DNA from: a virus
Virus record (IMG/VR): IMGVR_UViG_3300003792_000001
Direction: 5' to 3' (one strand)
DNA: 60,674 bases
Shown here: positions 34,016-43,011 of the stretch, piece by piece
Numbering within the stretch: the first letter of the stretch is position 1
Layout of the letters: the number at the start of each line of letters is the position of its first letter
The notes under the pieces: model-generated
Databases searched by the model: none
What the model was told of the DNA's origin: nothing
The model's input: the letters and a program-made list of their open reading frames with translations, nothing else
Translations under genes and position numbers: made by a program

Positions 34016-34278
34016 TTGCGCCCCGCCATTACATCGTCGGCAAAATCGTTCAATTCGTTTTCGAATAGCAGCTTTACCATTTCCAGCCGGTGTTCATTGC
34101 CCAGCCCGGCGAGCGCCTCGACGGTCTTGAGGAGGGCGAGATATCCGTGGCACCCGGCATAGAAGGCGCGGCGCACCTCAATCAACTGATTGCCCTTGAT
34201 CGGGCTGTCGTAAACCTTGCGCACATAGGAATCCCAAAGCTGCTCAATGGGCCGTGGCGATGGAGTGTCCATGATCAT
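34012..34278 (-). CDS. Hypothetical protein (88 aa)
   Basis: Coupled ORF. Confidence 0.55.
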   Translation of the reverse strand: MIMDTPSPRPIEQLWDSYVRKVYDSPIKGNQLIEVRRAFYAGCHGYLALLKTVEALAGLGNEHRLEMVKLLFENELNDFADDVMAGRK

Positions 34279-34286
34279 TCTCCCGG

Positions 34287-35108
34287 TTAAAGCGAGCGCA
34301 GATATTTCCGCGCCTCATCGACGGTGATCTCGCCCCGGATCACCCGCGCGGCGGTCGCACAGCACGTTTTGATGAAGCCTGAATTGTTCGGCAAATGGAC
34401 GAGCCAGCCGGTTTGCACGCTGAGCATATTATCCAGCAGCGTTTCCGGCTTGAGGTTGGGATCGGTCGCATACTGCAAAATCTTGTCGATAGCCTCGGCT
34501 TTCAGCCCATCCAAATGTCCGGGCGGCGGGTTCGACCCGCCGGGCTTATCGGCGATTTGCTGGGCGGCGGATGCGACGGGCACCTCCTGATCCGGGGTGG
34601 CAGCGGTGACGGGGCGTGGGGGCTTGTCACCGCTGCCTTCGTCGGTCGCGGGATGAGGGGGTGTCCCGACCGACGATTCTGCCTCTTTGCCTGATCCGCG
34701 CGATTCTTTCGAGAGGGTTTCGGGATCGACGCCGGTGATCCGATAGAGCAGGTGCATCGCGCCTTCGTAAAAGGATTCGAATTCCGGCTCGGTCAGATCA
34801 TTGAGGCTTTTCGGATAGCGCACCGTGGCGCCGCTGACCGTCAGTCCTTGGTCGACAATGCCAAGGGCGAGTTTCAGCGCTTGGCTGGCCTCGGCGGAGG
34901 TGTTCCAGGGAGACGGACAATCATCGATCACGCGCCGCAGGATCGCCCAATATTTTTTACGCAGCTTGCTTTGCGGATCGGTGACCGGCTGAAAGAACAA
35001 TTCCGAGCCGTTGCGATAGGAGTCGAGCCGTTCCGCCGAATAGGGATCAGCGGGCGTGAGCTTGCCTGAGCTTACGATCATTCGAAAGGGAGGGAGTTCA
35101 TATTTCAT
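34287..35108 (-). CDS. Hypothetical protein (273 aa) with a Pro/Gly-rich linker
   Basis: Long ORF on the coding strand of the operon. No motif recognised with confidence. Confidence 0.6.
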   Translation of the reverse strand: MKYELPPFRMIVSSGKLTPADPYSAERLDSYRNGSELFFQPVTDPQSKLRKKYWAILRRVIDDCPSPWNTSAEASQALKLALGIVDQGLTVSGATVRYPKSLNDLTEPEFESFYEGAMHLLYRITGVDPETLSKESRGSGKEAESSVGTPPHPATDEGSGDKPPRPVTAATPDQEVPVASAAQQIADKPGGSNPPPGHLDGLKAEAIDKILQYATDPNLKPETLLDNMLSVQTGWLVHLPNNSGFIKTCCATAARVIRGEITVDEARKYLRSL

Positions 35109-35749
35109 GATGGCACCGCCTCGTCGAGCAGGTTGTCAAAGCGCCGCCGCATCCGCGCCAGCTCATCAATCGCGGCCCAGCCATCGCGCTTGGCCTCCTC
35201 AATCAGCAACGGGTAGCCGGATGTCACCGACTCCTCGATCTCGGCGCGGGTGGCGGTTCGGCCCCGCGCATAGAATTCGACCGAGTCCGGTTCGCCGATG
35301 ATAAACAGGACGCCGCGCGTGGCGTGCATGAGCTGATAGGAGCGCGTCATCCACAGCGCCGTGACGCCGGGGTTCCGCTCGATCATCGTTCCGGCCACAA
35401 ACTTATTCTCCGGCAAGCCGCGCTCATTGCGCCGGGCGGTGGGCGTCGTCAGGAACGGGCAGTTCGTCGCGGCAAAGATTGCGCAGTCGCGGTGGCTGGG
35501 CGGCTCGGCTGAAATCCGGTTAATGCAGCACATCGGGCCGATGACGAAAGCCTTGTGCGTCCCCATGGGATCGCCGCAAATCCAGCAGGCGTTGCGCTTG
35601 ATGCACTTCGCCATGTGGTTCGGATCGATGATGCGGAAATCAGGCACGCCGTCTTTCCAGTGAACGAACTTGGGGACCGGATAGCCACGCGCATCGCGTG
35701 GGAGGCGATCAATGCGCGCGGTCACATTATTGAGCGGGCGGTTGATCAT
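35105..35749 (-). CDS. Hypothetical Cys-rich protein (214 aa)
   Basis: CWICGDP...GPMCCINR...HRDCAIFAATNCPF suggests metal binding. Confidence 0.6.
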   Translation of the reverse strand: MINRPLNNVTARIDRLPRDARGYPVPKFVHWKDGVPDFRIIDPNHMAKCIKRNACWICGDPMGTHKAFVIGPMCCINRISAEPPSHRDCAIFAATNCPFLTTPTARRNERGLPENKFVAGTMIERNPGVTALWMTRSYQLMHATRGVLFIIGEPDSVEFYARGRTATRAEIEESVTSGYPLLIEEAKRDGWAAIDELARMRRRFDNLLDEAVPS

Positions 35750-36081
35750 GCCGCCACCTCATCGGCGATAATAACCGTCGCCTGGCGACCGCCGATTTTG
35801 TGCGGGCCCTTGCCGAACGCCTCGCGAGCCCGCTTCAATGCATCGCCGAAAGTCCACGGCATGTCGCGCACGATCTCGTTCCACGCGGGCGGCAAAACCG
35901 TCGGCCCGAAGGCGTGCGGCAGGTATGCATATTTGTTATCGACGACCGCGCCATTGAACCCGCGATAGTGCAGGTATTGCGTCAGGGCACAGTGCCGCCC
36001 ATCGATATAATCGTATGTCTCTTTCGGGCTTTTCGACGCCAGAAAATCGATCAGGCTGCTATTGTCGAAAACGGGCTTCAT
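35746..36081 (-). CDS. Hypothetical protein (111 aa)
   Basis: Coupled ORF. Confidence 0.55.
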   Translation of the reverse strand: MKPVFDNSSLIDFLASKSPKETYDYIDGRHCALTQYLHYRGFNGAVVDNKYAYLPHAFGPTVLPPAWNEIVRDMPWTFGDALKRAREAFGKGPHKIGGRQATVIIADEVAA

Positions 36082-36350
36082 TGGCGTAATCCTTCCATGT
36101 CCCCGGCGGGGAAAAACGCTTGCTGGTAATTATCCAAGGCGGTGGTGGTCAAAGCGGTGAGGAACCTGATCGCTGCGGCCTTGGCGTGCGGCGGCGCGTC
36201 GCGAAAGCGGATCGTATAGGCGGCCATCGCCATCTTCACCGCCTCCTCACAGAATTCCTCCTGTTCCAGCGCGTTGGCGCATGCGTTCAGCTCCGCGCAA
36301 AGAAAGGCGTCGATCCTTTTCCGCATTTTCCTAACTGCCGGTTTCATCAT
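36078..36350 (-). CDS. Hypothetical protein (90 aa)
   Basis: Coupled ORF. Confidence 0.55.
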   Translation of the reverse strand: MMKPAVRKMRKRIDAFLCAELNACANALEQEEFCEEAVKMAMAAYTIRFRDAPPHAKAAAIRFLTALTTTALDNYQQAFFPAGDMEGLRQ

Positions 36351-37546
36351 TTTGCTTTCCCCTTGTCCTCAATCATCTTGATCCGGCGCAGCTTGATATT
36401 CAGGCAAATGTCTTGTGCATGATCGTCGCCTTCAAACCGGGCCATCGGGTCAAGGTTGGTCCAGATTTCCTCGACGGTTTCCACGTCGTTCGCCTCGAAC
36501 AGGCGGTCGCGCAATTCATTCACATAGGACTCCCAATCGTCGTCAATTGCCGAGCTGATCCCGCCGCCGATGATTTCGCCGTCCTCTGTGACAGCCTCGG
36601 TGTCCGTGGCGGCCTCGATCTCCGTGGTGGCCTCGGCATTCTCGCCGCCACTTTCGTCGATAGTCTCGCCGTCGATGATCGGGCCGCCCTTATCGCTGTC
36701 CTGCGGGGCATCGTTTGGCGCTTGGCTTGCGTCAGGCCGAGGGCCTGGCCGGGGCGGTCGCGGCGCTGGGGCGGCGGCCTCCGGGGACACAACCCGCATG
36801 TCGCTGTGCTCGGCGGCGTCTTCTATCCTGATAGCCTCGGCGAGTTCCGGGGATTGCGGAATACGCTTCGTCAGACGGCGGATTGCCGTCTTTTTCGACA
36901 TCTCGACTTCATCCGTGGCCCATGGCGTCGATTTGATTTTGCCTTCGGAGAAAGCCTTCCATCCGTCAGACCTATCGCGGATCGCGTGGGCTTGGGCGAC
37001 GGTGAGCGGTTCAAAATCGCTTTCGCCATCCTTGTATTTGACGACGGCGTAATAGCCGACGACGGGGCCACGATCCCCGAATAGATCGGGCTTGTGGACG
37101 AGCTTTTTGTCGTCGCCCAAGCTCGCCTCGAAGAAATCCTTGGCGTGGACCTCATGGGCATACATCATGCTTATCTCACCGGACTGGCGGCCCAGCTTGA
37201 TCAGCCCGCGATATCCGATGCGAAGCTGCGGTTCCTTGCGCTTCGCCTTGCCGTTCCACCCGGCGATCAGATAAGCCTCGCCGAGCTGCGGGTCTAAATA
37301 CAGGCCGAGCGCAGCCGCCTTTGAAATTTCGCGGAAGATGAGGCGCGGATCGAGGTCCATCAATTCCGGCGTCTGCATCATTGCGTTGACAAGGTTTCGC
37401 TCGAACCGCTCCGGCCTGACGTGCGGCGGCATCCCGGCGAAAAGCTCTGTCCGCTTATCAGGCGGTAAAACCTCCATTCGGAACTGATCAAGTCTCGTTT
37501 TCTGTGGCTGATCCTGATTTGTGGTTTTTGCAATTGCCTGATTCAT
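36347..37546 (-). CDS. recT: RecT-family single-strand annealing protein with an acidic C-terminal extension
   Basis: LGLYLDPQLGEAYLI...QLRIGYRGLIKLGRQSGEI...VVGYYAVVKYKDG...KKTAIRRLTKRIP matches the RecT pattern. Confidence 0.85.
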   Translation of the reverse strand: MNQAIAKTTNQDQPQKTRLDQFRMEVLPPDKRTELFAGMPPHVRPERFERNLVNAMMQTPELMDLDPRLIFREISKAAALGLYLDPQLGEAYLIAGWNGKAKRKEPQLRIGYRGLIKLGRQSGEISMMYAHEVHAKDFFEASLGDDKKLVHKPDLFGDRGPVVGYYAVVKYKDGESDFEPLTVAQAHAIRDRSDGWKAFSEGKIKSTPWATDEVEMSKKTAIRRLTKRIPQSPELAEAIRIEDAAEHSDMRVVSPEAAAPAPRPPRPGPRPDASQAPNDAPQDSDKGGPIIDGETIDESGGENAEATTEIEAATDTEAVTEDGEIIGGGISSAIDDDWESYVNELRDRLFEANDVETVEEIWTNLDPMARFEGDDHAQDICLNIKLRRIKMIEDKGKAK

Positions 37547-37560
37547 CGCCTTGCCTTTCC

Positions 37561-38559
37561 TTAAACTGTCCGCTGCTCCTCGACGATAATCATACCCGGC
37601 AGCGTGACCTTGGCGCGGGCGAGACGGTCGGCGAGAGTCTGCGCCGCTTGCTTGATTTCATCGTGATCTTTCACGGCAGCGAGGAAGAGGTCGAAGTCCT
37701 CGATCTTTCCGCTGCGATAGGTGCGCAGCGACGCGGTTCCGCTTTTGGGCCCGGCGCGCGGCTTCTGATATTCCGCGTCCTGCTTGGCCTCCATGGCGGC
37801 GGCGACCATCGCCCCGGCCTTGGCTTCCTCCTCCGGCGTCCTCGCCCTGGCGGCGGCTTCTTTTGCCTCTTGGCGCAGGCGTTCGGCCTCGGCCTCGGCG
37901 GCGGCGACGCGCTCGCGTTCGAGCCGCTGCTGTTCCAACAGCCATTTATCCAGATGCCGCTTTAGCAAGACCTTGTAGCCGTTCGGCTGCTCGCGCAATT
38001 CTTCCCACTTGGCGTCCACGCGCTTGGCCTTGACGATGTGCGGGGCCTTCTCATCGCCATGGAGCTTGTCGGCCCGCTTGGCGATGTCATGGCAGCGCTT
38101 TGACCAAATCGCCGCGCGGCTGGCTTCCTCTTTCGACGTGATCGGGGTTTTGAGAAATGCCTCGACCAACTCCTTTTCGCCGAGCCATTCGATATTCAGC
38201 GCGTCGAATGGATCGGCCTCGCTGAGATTGTGGCCGATGCCCGCCGGAGCTTCCGGCTCATCGGCCCAGCCCTTGCCTTCGGTAGCGCGGTCGAATGCTT
38301 CCTCGCTGATCGGCTGTCGCACGGCCCATTCGAAAAGATCGGATATGCGGTCAGGATCGACCGGCTGGCCGGATCGCGTGGCGTGCCAAAGGCCGAAATC
38401 ATCCTGCCAGAATTGGACCGGCTCCCAGGCTTCGCCCTTGCGGCGCACCCGAAAAAACCCGGTCCACACCTCGCCGGGGTGAATGACCAGCTTTCCGGTG
38501 CCAATCTTGCGCGGATTATCCAGCGCGGCCCGCCATTTTTCCCACGGATCAACCATCAT
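37561..38559 (-). CDS. Hypothetical protein (332 aa), coiled-coil C-terminus, RecT partner position
   Basis: ORF immediately upstream of recT. No nuclease motif recognised. Confidence 0.6.
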   Translation of the reverse strand: MMVDPWEKWRAALDNPRKIGTGKLVIHPGEVWTGFFRVRRKGEAWEPVQFWQDDFGLWHATRSGQPVDPDRISDLFEWAVRQPISEEAFDRATEGKGWADEPEAPAGIGHNLSEADPFDALNIEWLGEKELVEAFLKTPITSKEEASRAAIWSKRCHDIAKRADKLHGDEKAPHIVKAKRVDAKWEELREQPNGYKVLLKRHLDKWLLEQQRLERERVAAAEAEAERLRQEAKEAAARARTPEEEAKAGAMVAAAMEAKQDAEYQKPRAGPKSGTASLRTYRSGKIEDFDLFLAAVKDHDEIKQAAQTLADRLARAKVTLPGMIIVEEQRTV

Positions 38560-38762
38560 GTCGCATCATCCTCATATGCGCCGGGCGGCGCCTCGATCAT
38601 TGGCAAGCCGATCTGTCCGCGATAGCCGTTAAAGCGATCTAGGCAGGCCTTGCACACAAACCGGGGAACACCGGCCAGAATGACCGATGGCACCAGCATT
38701 GGGTTAAAACTGAAAACTCGATTGCATCCGAGGCAGGGCGCGATAGCGAAAACAGACATCAT
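38556..38762 (-). CDS. Small zinc-ribbon protein (68 aa)
   Basis: CLGCNRV...CKACLDRF. Confidence 0.55.
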   Translation of the reverse strand: MMSVFAIAPCLGCNRVFSFNPMLVPSVILAGVPRFVCKACLDRFNGYRGQIGLPMIEAPPGAYEDDAT

Positions 38763-39020
38763 TTGCCATGCCTCCTCGCCTGACTGACCGGCGCGTGTCC
38801 TGCGCCGGTCAGCCTTCCGTCAGCCAACAATCCAAGGAAGTCTTTGTTATGCACACCGCCGGAGCGATATTCGCCGGTGCACCATCATGAAAGCAAATCT
38901 TGCTCTGATGCACAAGGGGCTAGTAAGAAAAAATTGCAAAAGTGATTGGGAGGTTTTTCGCCGGGTAAGATTTCGGACGGCGGGAGGCGAGGCGGTCACC
39001 CGCCTCCCGACGCGAGTGGG

Positions 39021-39467
39021 TTATCGGCTCGCGCGATTGCGAGCGACCCACTGCTTGACGCGGATTAGGTCCATTTCGGCTTCGCTCAGCAGGAGCGGGA
39101 CCGGCGCGCGCTTGGGGAATTGCAGGAGATATCCATAGTCGCCCGTCGCCGGATCATAGGTCACGTGGCTGTGCCTGATATCGGGGTGGGCGCCCCGGCG
39201 GATCATGGCGGCAATCTGCCGCGCGCCGAAGTCGTTCTGTTGCCGGGTATGGAGGACCATAGCGGCGGCATTCTGGCTGGCTTCGTGGTGCACCCACGCG
39301 GCCTCATCAAGATAGCGGATGTGGGCGGCAAGCCGCTGGCCATCCTCGGTCGTCACATGCATGATTGATTGATTGTTTAAGCGGGTAATGCGGAATTCGG
39401 CTAATGCCGGTATATCGTCGGTCCCATCTAAAGCCGGAACCGTCTCGCAAGTTATCATCCGTCCCAT
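39021..39467 (-). CDS. Hypothetical protein (148 aa) downstream of the repressor gene
   Basis: ORF on the same strand as the CI-like gene. Confidence 0.55.
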   Translation of the reverse strand: MGRMITCETVPALDGTDDIPALAEFRITRLNNQSIMHVTTEDGQRLAAHIRYLDEAAWVHHEASQNAAAMVLHTRQQNDFGARQIAAMIRRGAHPDIRHSHVTYDPATGDYGYLLQFPKRAPVPLLLSEAEMDLIRVKQWVARNRASR

Positions 39468-39489
39468 ATTCGTGGCTCCCTTAGTGAAT

Positions 39490-39882
39490 TCAGGGCTTTT
39501 TCTTTTGCGCAGCCGCCTTTTGTTGCTCTAGCCACCGCAGCCGATTATCAATCATCGACTGAAAGTGTTCATAGAGCGGGTCGTATTCCTCCGGCGGCAG
39601 CAGCTCAAGTCTCGCATCTATGCTTTGCCTGCCAATTGGCGTGCCACCTCCGGTGGTCAGCCACACAAGGGATATGTCGAAGACGTCGGATATTCGTTCG
39701 AGATTTGCACGCTTGACGCCTTTCCCGACTTCCCAATTTCCTACCGCTCCGCGCGTCACGCCCAGACGCTCGGCAAAATCGGCCTGACGACCGATGCCAA
39801 GGACTTCCGTTCGCAGATATCGGATACGCTCGCCTAACTCCTGGTCGGCTTGCTGATCCTGTTCTTTTTTCCCCATTTTCAT
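39490..39882 (-). CDS. CI-like repressor (XRE HTH, no S24 peptidase domain)
   Basis: LGERIRYLRTEVLGIGRQADFAERLGVTRGAVGNWEVGKGVKRANLERISDVFDISLVWL. Divergent from a Cro-like gene. Confidence 0.75.
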   Translation of the reverse strand: MKMGKKEQDQQADQELGERIRYLRTEVLGIGRQADFAERLGVTRGAVGNWEVGKGVKRANLERISDVFDISLVWLTTGGGTPIGRQSIDARLELLPPEEYDPLYEHFQSMIDNRLRWLEQQKAAAQKKKP

Positions 39883-39961
39883 TCTTTTTGGCCGCCAATC
39901 TGGCGCAGCGTATGAAGCATGATTGCCCCTCGCTATCCGGTTTTATTGTCTAACCTTGCCA

Positions 39962-39987
39962 CAACCTTGCCACAACCAATACGGCCT
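39962..39987. promoter_or_regulatory. Tandem 11-bp repeats (aaccttgccac x2.4) in the CI/Cro divergent region, candidate operators
   Basis: Read directly: aaccttgccac aaccttgccac aacc. Confidence 0.5.
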
Positions 39988-40049
39988 CGGCAATAATTTT
40001 TCGTAAAAAACGATTGTGCATTTGGGAAAGATTTGCTTTCATCAGGAGC

Positions 40050-40298
40050 ATGGAACCCAGTAAGGAAACATTGCACTCGGACCCCAGCGCCATCGCCTGC
40101 GATGCTGCGAAGGCGCTTGCCGGTGGCGCCAACGCGCTCGCCAAGAAGCTCGGTGTAAAGCACCAAGTGGTCTACGGATGGACGCGGGTTCCTCCAAAAT
40201 GGGTGCTGCGCGTCGAAAAAGAGACCGGCATTTCCCGACACAAATTGCGCCCGGATGTTTTCGGCCCGGCGCCCGATAGCAAAGAAGCGGCGGCCTGA
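40050..40298 (+). CDS. Cro/YdaS-like HTH regulator
   Basis: ALAKKLGVKHQVVYGWTRVPPKWVLRVEKETGISRHKLRPDVF matches the YdaS/Cro-type pattern. SD caggag lies upstream of ATG 40050. Confidence 0.7.
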   Translation: MEPSKETLHSDPSAIACDAAKALAGGANALAKKLGVKHQVVYGWTRVPPKWVLRVEKETGISRHKLRPDVFGPAPDSKEAAA

Positions 40299-40414
40299 TG
40301 GCCGCCTGACACTGTTTCCCGCCGTGGCTCCAAACGACCGGCTGGGAAAGTGGCCACCGCGTTTTCCGGCACCTGCAGCGCGGTGGCCGCTCCAACCCTC
40401 AGAGGAGAACACCG

Positions 40415-40981
40415 ATGCATGCGACCATAGGCGACAATTCCAATGCGCTGACGCCCGGCGAGGCCAAAGCGCTATACATGCACCACTTCAAACTGATCCA
40501 AGCGCAGACGGAAATCGTCAAAGCCGAAAATGCTGCAAGAAAAAAGCTGCGCAAAGAGGCCAAGGCAGACGGAATCGTTCTTGCCGACATTGATTTCGGC
40601 CTCCGGGTGGCAACGCTTGAAGACCCGATGATTGTGGTCGAGGAACAGCGCCGCCGGGCCGAGATCGGGCGCTACTTCGCGCTGCCCATCGGCGCGCAGA
40701 CCGAGCTTGATTTCGGGCGCGAGCCGCTCGTCGAACGCGCCGCCCGCGAGGGCGAGCGGGCTGGCTACGAAGCCAAGAACGCCGACACATGCCCCTATGA
40801 CGCGGCATCCGATGCGGGCCGGGTCTGGCTGGACCACTGGAAGCAGGCACAAGCGCAAATGCTCGCCGACTGGAAATCCGGCATGGATAAGAAGCAGGCA
40901 GAGCGCGCCAGCGCCGCCAATCCTGCCGCCGCCGACAATGGCGAGAACGATCCGCCCGAAGATGACGACGAGATCGCATAA
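40415..40981 (+). CDS. Hypothetical protein with a C-terminal Rmf/CrpP-like motif
   Basis: GERAGYEAKNADTCPYDAASDAGRVWLDHWKQAQ resembles the RMF/CrpP fold signature. Confidence 0.55.
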   Translation: MHATIGDNSNALTPGEAKALYMHHFKLIQAQTEIVKAENAARKKLRKEAKADGIVLADIDFGLRVATLEDPMIVVEEQRRRAEIGRYFALPIGAQTELDFGREPLVERAAREGERAGYEAKNADTCPYDAASDAGRVWLDHWKQAQAQMLADWKSGMDKKQAERASAANPAAADNGENDPPEDDDEIA

Positions 40982-40993
40982 GGAGGCGCCGCT

Positions 40994-41446
40994 ATGCCTT
41001 TCAGCGATGAGGACCGCAGCCGAATTGCCGGGATGATCGAGGCGGGATGGTCGCGGCGCAGGATCGCTGACGTGTTCGGGATGGGGCGTAATGCCTTCAT
41101 TGGAAAATTCCACCGCGACAAACAGCTAAGGGGCATAGCCCCGCCGCCGAAACCACCGGCGAAACCAAGGGAAAGGCGTTCGTCCGTGCCATCTGTGCCC
41201 ATCCTAAAGAAGCACAAATCCGCGCCGGAAGTGGTGCGCAAGGAGCCGCCGCCGCCGGTGCCAGAAATGCGCCGCGTGCCGCTGTTCGAATTGGAACGCG
41301 GAGAATGCAAATGGCCCGTCGAAATGGACAGCAAAGTCCCCGGCGGCCACTTGTTTTGCGGGGCGGCGACGAAAGACCTGCAAGGCTGGTGCCCTTATCA
41401 CGTATTCCGTGGCTATTCCCCGGCGCGCACGCGGGGTGCCTCATGA
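40994..41446 (+). CDS. gcrA: GcrA-like cell-cycle regulator homolog
   Basis: N-terminal HTH (GWSRRRIADVFGMGRNAFIGKFHR) and C-terminal CKWPV...FCG...GWCPYH are as in GcrA. Confidence 0.75.
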   Translation: MPFSDEDRSRIAGMIEAGWSRRRIADVFGMGRNAFIGKFHRDKQLRGIAPPPKPPAKPRERRSSVPSVPILKKHKSAPEVVRKEPPPPVPEMRRVPLFELERGECKWPVEMDSKVPGGHLFCGAATKDLQGWCPYHVFRGYSPARTRGAS

Positions 41447-41580
41447 CCAATCCTGAAAGCCTCCGCACGAAATGCCCGCGATGCGGCAAGCGCTTAGGCG
41501 CGGCGGAACTCATCGAGCAGTTTTGCGACGACTGTGGCGATCTGCGGAATCTCAAGCCGAATGACAGAAAGGCGGCATGA
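41443..41580 (+). CDS. Small zinc-ribbon protein (45 aa)
   Basis: ATGA coupling. CPRCGKRL...CDDCG. Confidence 0.45.
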   Translation: MTNPESLRTKCPRCGKRLGAAELIEQFCDDCGDLRNLKPNDRKAA

Positions 41581-41581
41581 A

Positions 41582-41989
41582 ATGACACTGACCAACGATC
41601 ATATCGCCATCATCAAAGGCATGCTCCTGCGCGGCGATGACATCCACCATGTCGCGGCGCTCTTTGGCGAAAACGCCGGGCGCGTATCCGAGGTAAAAGC
41701 GGGCATTCCAGAATTTGCCGGGCCGCCCAAGCGCGGGAACGGCAAGCGCGTATTGCGGGGCGCGGAAGTGGCGCCTGCGCCGCCGGAGCGATTGCCGCCG
41801 CCGGGGCCATATTTTCTCAATCTGATTGCCGAGCGGGACATCGTACTTGATGGCCTGGAATCCGTCGAGGAGGCGGTCGCCTACTACGTCGATGCCTATA
41901 AGGGCGAAGCGGCGCGGGACATGCAGCGCCGCTATCACAACGCGCTCGCCGAGCGGAAACGCGAACTTTACAAAGGCAGGCTGAGATAA
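41582..41989 (+). CDS. Hypothetical protein (135 aa)
   Basis: ORF with the start set at MTLTNDH. Confidence 0.5.
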   Translation: MTLTNDHIAIIKGMLLRGDDIHHVAALFGENAGRVSEVKAGIPEFAGPPKRGNGKRVLRGAEVAPAPPERLPPPGPYFLNLIAERDIVLDGLESVEEAVAYYVDAYKGEAARDMQRRYHNALAERKRELYKGRLR

Positions 41990-43011
41990 TGACGACGGCT
42001 GATCTGGTCAAATACGATGCGGCCTGCCGCGCCATCGCCGAAGCCAAAAGCATCGATGAGGTCAAGGAAATCCGCGACGTCGCGATTGCGATGAAGGCCT
42101 ATGCCCGGCAAGCACAGAACAAGACGTTGGAGGCCGACGCCGCCGAAATTCGGATGCGGGCGACCAGGCGGCTTGATCAGATGCGGCAGGCGCAGAAGGA
42201 AACTGTCGGACTGGCGAAAGGCGGCCAGCCATATCAGGCTACCGGGTTATTAAAAAACCCAGTAGCACCCACGCTGGCCGAGGCCGGGATCAGCAAGAAC
42301 CTCGCCAATGAGGGGCGCAAGCTCGGCGCCTTGAGCGACGCCGAATTCGAGGTCGCGGTGGCGGAAACCCGCAAGGCCGTCACCAGCGCCACGAAAAATG
42401 TCATCAACAAAATGACCAAGGCGAGCGACCGGGCCGACCGCGAGGCCGCCCTTGGCGAAAAGATACGGGCATCCAAGGATCAGCTCGGACGCGCGGTGAA
42501 AACCTATGGCGTCATCCTCGCTGATCCGCCGTGGCAATTTGAGCCTTATAGCCGCGACACCGGCATGGACCGGGCGGCTGACAACCACTATCCGACGTCG
42601 CCCGTCAGCGAATTGTCCGACCTCAAGCCGCCGAGCGCGAATGATGCGGTGCTGTTCATGTGGGCGACCGTCCCGATGCTACCCGACGCGCTGGAACTGA
42701 TGGAGGCGTGGGGCTTCACTTATCGCTCGCACGTGATCTGGACCAAGGATCGATTGGGCACCGGCTATTGGGCGCGCAATAAGCACGAACTTCTGCTGAT
42801 CGGCACACAAGGGAACGTTCCGGCCCCGGCGCCGGGCCATCAGCCGGAGTCGGTGATCCTCGCCTCGCTTGGGCGCCATTCGGAAAAGCCGGAGGTGTTT
42901 TATGAAATCATCGAGACGATGTTTCCGAGCTTGCCGAAGTTGGAAATGTTCGCGCGTTCGGGGCGCCCTGGCTGGGATCATTGGGGCGCCGAAGCGCCGG
43001 AGGCCGCGTGA
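41989..43011 (+). CDS. MT-A70-family N6-adenine DNA methyltransferase
   Basis: VILADPPWQFEPYSRDTGMDRAADNHYPT (DPPW motif) plus a conserved C-terminal half (HSEKPEVFYEIIE). Confidence 0.85.
   Translation: MTTADLVKYDAACRAIAEAKSIDEVKEIRDVAIAMKAYARQAQNKTLEADAAEIRMRATRRLDQMRQAQKETVGLAKGGQPYQATGLLKNPVAPTLAEAGISKNLANEGRKLGALSDAEFEVAVAETRKAVTSATKNVINKMTKASDRADREAALGEKIRASKDQLGRAVKTYGVILADPPWQFEPYSRDTGMDRAADNHYPTSPVSELSDLKPPSANDAVLFMWATVPMLPDALELMEAWGFTYRSHVIWTKDRLGTGYWARNKHELLLIGTQGNVPAPAPGHQPESVILASLGRHSEKPEVFYEIIETMFPSLPKLEMFARSGRPGWDHWGAEAPEAA

Noticed and set aside
38887-39138. Plus-strand 83-aa ORF in the hairpin-rich intergenic island
   Set aside because: It has no RBS, runs against the operon direction, overlaps the 3' end of the 148-aa gene, and spans terminator-like hairpins.
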